A DNA stretch of 64,000 nucleotides from positions 64,001 to 128,000 of the forward strand of contig JBGTLG010000025.1 of the NCBI GenBank assembly GCA_041744215.1, in the 5' to 3' direction. The position numbers and the translations under genes are program-made. A model generated the notes under the pieces. The model ran no database searches. It was not told the origin of the DNA and worked only from the letters and a program-made list of their open reading frames with translations. This stretch comes from Fimbriimonadales bacterium. GTDB lineage: Bacteria > Armatimonadota > Fimbriimonadia > Fimbriimonadales > ATM1. Shown piece by piece: positions 55,853 to 64,000 of the stretch (positions are counted from its first letter, which is position 1; each line of letters begins with the position of its first letter).

Positions 55853-57292
55853 ATGACGACATTCTTGCTTTGCCTCCTTGCCGTTTCGCAGCCACTAAGT
55901 GTAACGCGAGCAGACCTTGCCGCCGCTTATCTTCGCTTTGAGCAGGCTCTTGAAACTCATCCGCCGGAGGCGACGGAAGTTCGATCGCTGAGCCAAGCAT
56001 TCGACCAAGCGACGCTTGCTTTCTTTTCGGGGAGAAATGCTTCTGCGATCGGGGCCATAGACGCGCAATCGAAGAGGTTGCTGAAAGCGTCCGAGTCGAC
56101 TGCATCGCTCTGGTGCTACAAAGTGCGTGTGAACCCGCCCATCGTGGTGGCAGATCAGAATTTTAAGGTCTCTCTCAACATATCCCAACTCTACGGTGCG
56201 GTGGCAGATAAGCTTTTTGAGGTGGCACTCCGTAACGAAAAGGGCGAGAAGCAAGTGGGGATTGGGACGATCCGGATTGGGTTAGGGCCTTTTGCGTCGC
56301 TCAGTATCGACGGGATTTCGCTCCCTTTGGGCAGGTACGAGGTTTTCGTTACGAGCGAGGGCGCAAGTATCGTCGCTGGGCATATCTCGTCGGTTAAAGA
56401 GATGCCGTCAGCCGCGAAGTCTCGACACCTTGTGGCGATTGACGCGCTACCCGAAAAAGCAGATGCCACACTCGTCTCAATGGTGAAGTCCAGGCTCGAC
56501 CTGTTGGTCGATGAGCCAAGTGAGGCAAACTCCGCCGAGTTTCTCGCCAATCCCATAGATCTTGCTCGAACGATAGAACGTGAAGTTGTCGCAATCAGTC
56601 GAGGCGAGAACCCTTACCGGAGCCGAGGGCAAGACTTTTGGTTTCGGCTAGCGAGTGCGAATGCCTTTCCTGTGAGAGTGTACTGCCCATACAAAGATGT
56701 CCAGAATTGGCCTGTGATTATTGCGCTGCACGGAATGGGCGGCGATGAAAACATGTTTATGGATGGATACGGCGCGGGATTGATCAGGCGCCTTGCCTCC
56801 GAGCGAGGATTTGTTTTGGCTAGCCCGAGGACGGAGTCGTTTTCAGGGAGCGATAAGAATGTCGAAACACTCTTGCGATTCCTCGATGATAGTTACGGGA
56901 TCGATCGCTCGCGAGTTTATCTGCTAGGCCATTCGATGGGAGCCGGGGCCGCTATGTCGATCGCTTCGAGGTCGCCGGAGAGCTTCGCAGGAGTCGTCGC
57001 AATCGCGGGCGGGCGCGCAGTTTCGTCTGATGTGAAGGTTCCCCCGACGCTTCTGATAGGCGGTGAGGTGGATTTCCTCGCGACTCCGACGCAGATGTCA
57101 CGCACCTTGGACGCGATGAAGTCGAACGGGCAGAACGTCGAACTCCGGATCCTACAAGGGTACGGGCATACGATGGTCGTTCAGGCTGTGCTGCCCGATG
57201 CCGTCGGCTGGCTGCTGTCTCGTCGGAAGGGATTGCCCGGTCTGGTGCAGAATTCCAACCAACATGGCCAAACGAAAGCGCAAGCCCGCTGA
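55853..57292 (+). CDS. Exported alpha/beta hydrolase (esterase/PHB-depolymerase-like)
   Basis: IALHGMGG, IDRSRVYLLGHSMG, GH. Confidence 0.82.
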   Translation: MTTFLLCLLAVSQPLSVTRADLAAAYLRFEQALETHPPEATEVRSLSQAFDQATLAFFSGRNASAIGAIDAQSKRLLKASESTASLWCYKVRVNPPIVVADQNFKVSLNISQLYGAVADKLFEVALRNEKGEKQVGIGTIRIGLGPFASLSIDGISLPLGRYEVFVTSEGASIVAGHISSVKEMPSAAKSRHLVAIDALPEKADATLVSMVKSRLDLLVDEPSEANSAEFLANPIDLARTIEREVVAISRGENPYRSRGQDFWFRLASANAFPVRVYCPYKDVQNWPVIIALHGMGGDENMFMDGYGAGLIRRLASERGFVLASPRTESFSGSDKNVETLLRFLDDSYGIDRSRVYLLGHSMGAGAAMSIASRSPESFAGVVAIAGGRAVSSDVKVPPTLLIGGEVDFLATPTQMSRTLDAMKSNGQNVELRILQGYGHTMVVQAVLPDAVGWLLSRRKGLPGLVQNSNQHGQTKAQAR

Positions 57293-58379
57293 TCGTCGCT
57301 ACAAGAGCCCTGGAACTCCTCCTGGCTCACTCATCGCAGAGCCCGGTGCACCGCATCCGGCTATTCGGGTGATGTCGTTTGGCCCTGACAGTTTTGCGGA
57401 GGCCAGTGTATCGAAGGTCGAGGAGATTCGGAGCTGGATTGGCCGTTCGCCCATGATCTGGATCGACGTCGACGGACTCGGTAGCGCTAACGTCATTGGA
57501 GAAATCGGTGAACTGTTCGGCATTCATCTTCTCGCACTGGAGGATGTCCTCACCCCCAGACAGCGCGCGAAGGTCGATGTGTTTCCTGGCCACCTCTTCA
57601 TCGTAGCTCGAATGGTGACGAAAAATGATGAGATTCAGACCGAGCAGGTGAGCATCATCGTCGGAGCAGATCACGTACTGACATTTCAAGAATATCCGGG
57701 CGATTCATTCGACCCTGTTCGTGAGCGACTTCGGAGGAAAGACGAGCGACTGTTGACAGCAGGGAGTGACTACTTAGCGTACTCTCTGATGGACGCGGTC
57801 GTCGACGGCTACTATCCGGTTGTTGAAGAGCTTGGATATCTTCTCGACGATCTTGAGGATGCGATTGTTGATCACCCGGACCAAGCACAGGTGGGCCCGC
57901 TACATCGAGTGAAGCGGGACCTGGTGACAATGAGAAGGTCGATCTGGCCGATGCGAGAAGCGGTTGGCAGTCTTGCACGCGATACAAACCCATACATTCA
58001 GCCTGAGACAAGACTGTACTTTCGCGACGTTTACGATCATGTCTTCCAGGTCACCGATATCGTCGAGACGAACCGGGAACGGGCAACGGATCTGATGGAC
58101 GTTTATCTCTCGAGCATCAGCAATCGGATCAATGACGTGATGCGCGTTTTAACTCTATGGGCAACGATTTTTATCCCTTTGACCTTCATAACGAGCCTCT
58201 ATGGGATGAACTTTGATCCAGAGACTTCCCCGTGGAACATGCCTGAGCTGAAAGCTCGATTTGGTTACCCAATCACGCTCGGAGTTATGGCTCTTATAGC
58301 AGGTACGGTGCTGGTGTTCTTCTTCCGGAAAGGCTGGCTTGGTCCGCCTCGAAGCCGCCGACCCGACTCAACTAACTGA
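57264..58379 (+). CDS. corA: Magnesium/cobalt transporter
   Basis: PGTPPG, WIDVDGL, HLLALED, YGMNF, MPEL. Confidence 0.95.
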   Translation: MAKRKRKPADRRYKSPGTPPGSLIAEPGAPHPAIRVMSFGPDSFAEASVSKVEEIRSWIGRSPMIWIDVDGLGSANVIGEIGELFGIHLLALEDVLTPRQRAKVDVFPGHLFIVARMVTKNDEIQTEQVSIIVGADHVLTFQEYPGDSFDPVRERLRRKDERLLTAGSDYLAYSLMDAVVDGYYPVVEELGYLLDDLEDAIVDHPDQAQVGPLHRVKRDLVTMRRSIWPMREAVGSLARDTNPYIQPETRLYFRDVYDHVFQVTDIVETNRERATDLMDVYLSSISNRINDVMRVLTLWATIFIPLTFITSLYGMNFDPETSPWNMPELKARFGYPITLGVMALIAGTVLVFFFRKGWLGPPRSRRPDSTN

Positions 58380-59118
58380 CGACAACTGTGTCCGCCTGAG
58401 ATTTCTCTATCAGTTCCCGGATTCGCGGATCGTCTGAATGGAAAAAAGCGTCTGGCAGACCATCGAATATGATGGTGCCCTCCGACAAGTACAGCACCCT
58501 CGTGCAAGTTCGGCGAACTGAGTGAATGTCATGACTGACTACAACGCTTGCGGCCGCGGTCGATTGGCCCAACTCCACGATAAGCGAATCGATCGAATAC
58601 GCCGTGATTGGATCGAGGCCGCTCGTAGGCTCATCATAAAAGAGGATTTCAGGGTCTGTCGCAAGCGCTCGTGCGAGGCCGACGCGCTTTCGCATTCCTC
58701 CGGAGAGCTCGCTTGGCATGAGGTTCTCGATTCCTTCTAGACCAACTCTCTTTAGGCAATGTGATACAAGATCGTCTTGCTGCCTTTGCGATAGTTTACG
58801 ATGCCGGCTGATTCCAAATGAAACGTTTGACCGAACGTTTAGATAGTCAAAGAGCGCTGCGCCTTGAAAGAGAATTCCGATCTTAAGTCTCAACTCTTGG
58901 TTGTCGTGAGAGGAGCAGTCGTTGATATCGACACCAAGAACTTCGACTTTGCCGGTGTTTGGTGAGAGTAGTCCTGACAAGCAACGGAGGAGTGTCGTCT
59001 TTCCCCCACCTGATGCACCCATGATTGCGACAGTTTCACGCTTGGAAATCTCCAGGGAGATGCCATCGAGTACTGTATTGTCGCCGAACCGGACGGTAAG
59101 GCCGCTTGCGCGGATCAT
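58372..59118 (-). CDS. ABC transporter ATP-binding protein (MlaF-like)
   Basis: GASGGGKT, LFQGAALFD, PSELSGGMRKRVGLARA, YDEPTSGLDP. Confidence 0.9.
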   Translation of the reverse strand: MIRASGLTVRFGDNTVLDGISLEISKRETVAIMGASGGGKTTLLRCLSGLLSPNTGKVEVLGVDINDCSSHDNQELRLKIGILFQGAALFDYLNVRSNVSFGISRHRKLSQRQQDDLVSHCLKRVGLEGIENLMPSELSGGMRKRVGLARALATDPEILFYDEPTSGLDPITAYSIDSLIVELGQSTAAASVVVSHDIHSVRRTCTRVLYLSEGTIIFDGLPDAFFHSDDPRIRELIEKSQADTVVVS

Positions 59119-59147
59119 GACGGGCCAGTATACTCGTCTAAATCCAT

Positions 59148-59966
59148 ATGAACCCAGCATCTCTGCTCGCCGTACTTTGCTCTGTTTTTGGCAACTTTTC
59201 GCAAGATACTTTCTCTTTTCGGCTCCAGTTCGAGGCAAATGACGTCGTTCGGTTCAAAGAGACTGTCACGTCGAACGGAACCATGACGTTCGGCACTCAA
59301 TCCGAGACCGTCGTCATGTCTGGAAGCCGCATTATGGTGCTAAAGGTTTCGAGAGTGGACGAAGCCGGCTACGCAACGATGTCCGTCGACTATGAAGACG
59401 TGAAGGCGTCGGCGCGCATCACGAAAGCTCCTTCTGGCACTTCCGCTGCCGACAAGACGAAGGCGGAAAAGGGATTGAGTGACCAACTCCAGTCCGAGTT
59501 GCAAAGCGGCGCACGCACACAGATGGTGAGTCCTCGCGGCGTAACCTCCTATCGGTTTCCTGCAGGAGTCAATCGTTTTATCGAGATCATGAACGGATCT
59601 TTTTTGATGCTGGTTCTGCCCGAAGCTCCGCCGAAGATGAACGAGAACTGGTTCGTCGACGTGGCGCAGGCGGACCCAAACACAGGCGCCCCGATTAAAG
59701 TGAACTACAAGCTCGTCGGAGCAAGCATGATCAACGATGTAAAGGCTTACAAGATCGCACTGTACGCACAAAAGACTGAGCAGCAACAGCAGGGCGACGC
59801 TCGTGCTACGTCATCGCTCGTCATAACGGGTTACATCAATATTACTCTTGAGACGGGCAAGGTCCTCGGCGGAGAGATAACGACCGACGTCACTCAAGCG
59901 ATGACGCGCGGCAATCAGACGCAGAGGCAGAAGCGCGTAACGGTTCAGAAGTTCGACAGAGTCTAA
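59148..59966 (+). CDS. Hypothetical exported beta-rich protein
   Basis: Signal-like N-terminus; 272-aa ORF with typical codon usage. Confidence 0.65.
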   Translation: MNPASLLAVLCSVFGNFSQDTFSFRLQFEANDVVRFKETVTSNGTMTFGTQSETVVMSGSRIMVLKVSRVDEAGYATMSVDYEDVKASARITKAPSGTSAADKTKAEKGLSDQLQSELQSGARTQMVSPRGVTSYRFPAGVNRFIEIMNGSFLMLVLPEAPPKMNENWFVDVAQADPNTGAPIKVNYKLVGASMINDVKAYKIALYAQKTEQQQQGDARATSSLVITGYINITLETGKVLGGEITTDVTQAMTRGNQTQRQKRVTVQKFDRV

Positions 59967-61864
59967 GCGAACGGGTCGTCTGCATCGGCTGGGTATTGCC
60001 CGGTGACTTGTTGCGGAGCTAACTTGCCCAGTCGCCGGAGCACCTCTCTTGGAGCGTCTCCGCTACCTATCTGCTGCTCGACCCTGTGGAGGATCGCGGG
60101 ACGGTCCGGCGTCGTCACCTGGTCAAGGTGAGCCCAGATTTCGTGCGGCTTTAGTTCAGGATCGCGCACCACCGCCAATCGCACGATTCGGTCTTCGATC
60201 CGTTCAACGACCTTCGCCGGCCAACGCGCCATGCCGTCGCTGCCTTTCAGGACGGGCGGGATCGGGAACTTGATAAAGATTGGCTGGCTAAAGTGCGGAT
60301 GGCGAACCATCATTTCGCCTGGGCTTGCACTCGCGAGTTTTTCGCGAATGGCTGCAGGATAGACGGTGTAGATTGAGTTGGTCAACTCTTCAAGTTGGAT
60401 GTGCCCATATGCTGAGTTTGCCGCATTGCCTACGATTTGTGCATCGACCTTTGAGCGGAATTGCTGCGCACCAAAGAGCGTGAGGCCGAGGTAGCGACCC
60501 CGCGCAGCAATGTCTCGCAAACTTTGAACAACATAGGTGTCTCGTCCCCCGCTGGGAGCGTACTTGTTCAGTTCATCGACGGCGACTATTAGTCTACGCA
60601 CGCCGAGCCTTCCCAACTCCATCTTCTCTCGGAGTTTGCCGATAACGGATGCAAAGACTAAGTCCTGAGCATCAGATGCCATGCGTGAAACATCAATCAC
60701 ATAAATGTGTCGATCATCGAATGCCTCGGGCAGCGCTGGAACCGGATCACCTCCGGCAGAAATCAGTCCTGGAAACCGCATTAGAAATCCACTCAGTCGG
60801 TTGTGCATCTTCCGTATTGTCGCCACGTGATGCGATTGGAACGTGGTCTCATTGTTGGCCTTTGCCTCATCAAGCATCTTCTGAATGCAGGCGAGCATTT
60901 CGCGAAGCGTTCTGAAAGTGGCTTGCGTGCCTTCTAGGATGAGCTTCTCTTCGTTCGCGGCTACCTTTCTGAGGAACTGTAAGAACGCGTCGGCCTTTGC
61001 GTCCAAGTCGTCTCTATTGAGCAGCACCTCTGCATGTTCGAGGGCTTCGCTGAGACCAAAGCAGAAGCCGGAAGTTGGGCTGTTTTTGAAGTCTTCGTGC
61101 GTTCGCAGCGAGTCCACGACTTCTTTCGCCTCATCCTTGAATGGAGCGCAATAATGGACATTGGTAAACGGCTTCGGGTCCAATCCACAAACGCTGTACA
61201 TTCGACGATGCTCTTCGTCTAAGGGTGACTGGGTCTCATGGTCTAAGAACAGAAGATCTCCGCCTTTTACGTTGAACAGCACGGTCGCAACTCCCTCTCC
61301 GCCCTCACCGCGAAATCGTTGAAAGATCGAAGTCAAGAGGAAGAGGATGTAGCTGGTCTTAGCCGCAAGCCCGCTCGTTCCCGTCACGTTTAGGTGGCCT
61401 GCCTCGGGGCCGAGTAAGAACTCAGGATCAGCGTAGACAGCCATCGGGTTTGCTTTGGATCCGTAGACACCGATCGGAATTCCGCGATCACGATACTTTC
61501 CTGCGCCGAGCGCATCGTTGAGGTCTTCTTCAGTTGCTTCAAAAACTGGACCAATGCCAATTGCGCCAACCGGCTCCTCCGGCATTCTTCGCAACACGGC
61601 TGCTTCGTAGAGTCGGACTTCGGGACGAGCAGTCGGCGGCGTCATGTCTGGCCTTCCTTCCCTCCCTAAAAAGTCAGCCATCGCACCTGGGACGTCATTG
61701 TAAGCGTACGCCTGAACAACGATTCCGAAAACTTTTGTATCGGCGTACTCAGCGCGGATCACTGTTCCGATTCCGATGCGGCACTTCTGGTCGGCCCAGA
61801 ATCGAAACGAGTAAGCCGTGTTCGGCGAGGATTCCGTGGCGACGACGTGTCCGATCAAACTCAT
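59963..61864 (-). CDS. HerA-family ATPase/helicase
   Basis: N-terminal HAS-barrel-like region, variant Walker A GTSGLAAKTS, FNVKG.DL, VDELNKYAP, RGRYLG..LFGAQQ. Confidence 0.85.
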   Translation of the reverse strand: MSLIGHVVATESSPNTAYSFRFWADQKCRIGIGTVIRAEYADTKVFGIVVQAYAYNDVPGAMADFLGREGRPDMTPPTARPEVRLYEAAVLRRMPEEPVGAIGIGPVFEATEEDLNDALGAGKYRDRGIPIGVYGSKANPMAVYADPEFLLGPEAGHLNVTGTSGLAAKTSYILFLLTSIFQRFRGEGGEGVATVLFNVKGGDLLFLDHETQSPLDEEHRRMYSVCGLDPKPFTNVHYCAPFKDEAKEVVDSLRTHEDFKNSPTSGFCFGLSEALEHAEVLLNRDDLDAKADAFLQFLRKVAANEEKLILEGTQATFRTLREMLACIQKMLDEAKANNETTFQSHHVATIRKMHNRLSGFLMRFPGLISAGGDPVPALPEAFDDRHIYVIDVSRMASDAQDLVFASVIGKLREKMELGRLGVRRLIVAVDELNKYAPSGGRDTYVVQSLRDIAARGRYLGLTLFGAQQFRSKVDAQIVGNAANSAYGHIQLEELTNSIYTVYPAAIREKLASASPGEMMVRHPHFSQPIFIKFPIPPVLKGSDGMARWPAKVVERIEDRIVRLAVVRDPELKPHEIWAHLDQVTTPDRPAILHRVEQQIGSGDAPREVLRRLGKLAPQQVTGQYPADADDPFA

Positions 61865-61868
61865 AGAT

Positions 61869-62852
61869 TCAGACCCCTATCATGGCCGAAAGCGTGGCTT
61901 CGCTCGGGTGGCGCGCGCGCAAGAACTGCTCGACGAATCGAATTGGATAAAGTAGACGATCGAATCGCGCGTCCGGCAGCGACAGCGGCGCTCTCTCCGC
62001 CATCAGCCAAGAGCTTACGGTATCGACGTGGTTGAGCGTCTCTTCAGCGGCTGGCATCTCGACGCGGATCAGCCCGAATGCCGGCGACTCACCATCGTCG
62101 CTTCGCAGGCGCAGGTACCAACTCCACGAAACGTCTCCATGTCGAGTGCGGGCTTCGAACACAGAGGTTCGCTCCCCTTCGTCAAGGCCGAGCACGACCT
62201 TACTCGGGGCGGTCGATGAAAAGTACTGCTTTCGATGTGATTTGACCACGCCAACGACGCGCTTAAACTCACCCACTCTTTTGCAAACTTGAGCAATCCC
62301 TCCGTCGACAAACAGCCATCCATCAGTATCCGACTCAAGCCAGGTGCGAATCAGTTTAACTTCCAGTAAATCTCGTGTTGCGCTAATCTCGTTGCGCACA
62401 TCCTCTGCCATTCCTGACATGCCCCGATTGGGCTCGCATTGCACCGGGTGAATGTCATACTCGTTTGACGCCCTGAGCAAGCCGAGGGCTGTCGATTCGG
62501 AGGGTGCGAATACGCCAAGTTTCGCTTCATAGGCCTGAGGGCTCAGTATCATGTCGACATCCGCCCGAACAAGAACCGCGCCATTTAAAAACGCAACGTA
62601 CCCCGGCATGTCGTGATCGTAGAACGCCAGCCGCGCGCGCTGCGCTCCATCCATGAAGTGCGTAAAGTCTGATTTGCCTGTATTGGCAACTGCGAACATT
62701 TTGAGTTCCGATCCCTCTACGACGCGTGCATCCTCCGCCGAACTGTCAGTAAGCCCAAAGAAGACCTCGTCATCGAGTTCGGCGGGACGGCGAATCAATC
62801 GGAGCCCTTCTCGGGCACCGAGCAACGAAGCTATAGATCTCCCCGCGACCAC
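61869..62852 (-). CDS. NurA-family nuclease
   Basis: FMDG, FVDGG, VGVVKSH, SWYLRL, GLIRVE, PI..VE..LR; directly upstream of the HerA gene. Confidence 0.78.
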   Translation of the reverse strand: MVAGRSIASLLGAREGLRLIRRPAELDDEVFFGLTDSSAEDARVVEGSELKMFAVANTGKSDFTHFMDGAQRARLAFYDHDMPGYVAFLNGAVLVRADVDMILSPQAYEAKLGVFAPSESTALGLLRASNEYDIHPVQCEPNRGMSGMAEDVRNEISATRDLLEVKLIRTWLESDTDGWLFVDGGIAQVCKRVGEFKRVVGVVKSHRKQYFSSTAPSKVVLGLDEGERTSVFEARTRHGDVSWSWYLRLRSDDGESPAFGLIRVEMPAAEETLNHVDTVSSWLMAERAPLSLPDARFDRLLYPIRFVEQFLRARHPSEATLSAMIGV

Positions 62853-62894
62853 AGGCGAATTGTAGCATGCGTCTCACTGCTATTTTGGGATTCT

Positions 62895-62920
62895 GGAACT
62901 GGTCTCCCCCAGGTCGCGTA
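62895..62920 (+). promoter_or_regulatory. Candidate ECF sigma promoter
   Basis: GGAAC-N17-CGTA, 13 nt before the ATG at 62934. Confidence 0.45.
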
Positions 62921-62933
62921 CACTTTCAACACT

Positions 62934-64000
62934 ATGATCGCCGCCATCTTCGCACTCGCGCCCGTCAGTGTACCGATCGATGACTTCGAAGCCGTTTGGG
63001 CTGATTGTCGCAGGGCTGTCGAAACGCGCTACTACGCCCGAAGGATCAAGGCGGAGCGCATGAATGAGATTCTCGACATGTTTGAGCCGCTTGCGAAGGC
63101 CGCGGCCACACGCAAAGAGTTCGATGTCGTTATGGACAGGATGGTTGCCGAGTTCGGTGACTCTCACTTTGACTTCCTATCTGACCATGAGCAAGGTTAC
63201 TACCTGATGGACGGTTTCCGCGGAGATGCTGCGGCGACTTACCCGCACCTTGGCGCGTGGTTCACCAAGAACCCGGACGGCTATACGGTGACAATGCTGT
63301 TGCAAGGACTTCCAGCTGCAGAGGCGAAACTGAGAAAAGGGGATGTGTTGTTGCGCATCGACGGCGAGCCGTTCGTACCGATCGAGTCTCTCCGAGAACG
63401 AAAGAACAAGGAGTCGAAGATAGAGTTTCAACGTGGGAGCTCGACCATGACGGCCACCGTCCCCGTTCGGTCTTCTAAGGGATTTGATATGTTTTTAGAA
63501 GCGACAAAGAACAGTGCGCGGATCATCGATCATAACGGCAAGCGCTTTGGCTACATCCACATTTGGCTAATGGCACACAGAAGCTTTCGAGAAACGTTGG
63601 CAGAGTTCTTGAAAGGCGAGGCAGCGGAAACTGACGCGTTTATTCTCGACATTCGAGACGGCTTCGGTGGACGACCAGAAGGCTATGCTGAACTATTCAA
63701 AAGGGACGACGGTGGCTCCGGTTATTCGAAACCGCTGGTTGTTCTTACGAATCAGGGCTCGAGAAGTGCGAAGGAAGTTTTTGCGTATCAGATCAAGAAG
63801 ACCGAGCGCGCAACGCTGATTGGCACTCGCACTGCAGGCCACGTGCTTGGTACGACTCCATGGAAGGTGCGAGACTGGGCGTACTTTGAAATTCCAATTG
63901 TAGAGTTTCGGGTAGACGGAGTATCGCTCGAAGGAACGGGCGTCGAGCCACACATTGCAGTTGAGCGTGAACTGGGGCTAAATGGCGAGGACCTGCATTT
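62934..64000 (+). CDS. S41 family (C-terminal processing) peptidase with PDZ domain, 3'-truncated
   Basis: Manually translated: MIAAIFALAP...GDSH...ILDIRDGFGG...SRSAKE...IGTRTAG...EGTGVEPHI. Absent from the ORF track because it runs off the window end. Confidence 0.88.
   Translation, partial: MIAAIFALAPVSVPIDDFEAVWADCRRAVETRYYARRIKAERMNEILDMFEPLAKAAATRKEFDVVMDRMVAEFGDSHFDFLSDHEQGYYLMDGFRGDAAATYPHLGAWFTKNPDGYTVTMLLQGLPAAEAKLRKGDVLLRIDGEPFVPIESLRERKNKESKIEFQRGSSTMTATVPVRSSKGFDMFLEATKNSARIIDHNGKRFGYIHIWLMAHRSFRETLAEFLKGEAAETDAFILDIRDGFGGRPEGYAELFKRDDGGSGYSKPLVVLTNQGSRSAKEVFAYQIKKTERATLIGTRTAGHVLGTTPWKVRDWAYFEIPIVEFRVDGVSLEGTGVEPHIAVERELGLNGEDLH

Overview
A gene-dense bacterial chromosomal window, mostly housekeeping. 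The lineage is probably Armatimonadota/Fimbriimonadia, inferred only from gene repertoire and style. Left part: pdhC, a CapK/PaaK-like ligase, a PEP-CTERM protein with a sigma-54-type promoter, mqnC, tRNA-Phe and tRNA-Asp, acs-coaD-(SepIVA-like)-yceD-plsX-fabH, two tandem AI-2E transporters, rnj and a GH130/GT4 pair. About 20.1-22.5 kb is a repeat-rich accessory patch with a direct-repeat-flanked LolA-like gene, tandem repeats, duplicated terminator units and an orphan Thoeris ThsB-like TIR gene. The rest: M14 and S8 peptidases, dusB, SRP RNA-dnaX-ybaB-recR-fhs, a PilGHI-like ABC/TPR trio, a candidate structured ncRNA, trpF, cysS, mfd, corA, a NurA-HerA pair and a truncated S41 peptidase. The most interesting item is a CarH-type B12 photoreceptor domain (W-x9-EH plus DxHxxG) fused to a C-terminal XRE HTH. 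It lies divergent from an SRPBCC-TIGR01777 fusion gene, with a perfect 41-bp tandem duplication between them. No CRISPR array, rRNA, transposase or integrase was recognised. All family calls come from motif recognition by eye; no searches were run.
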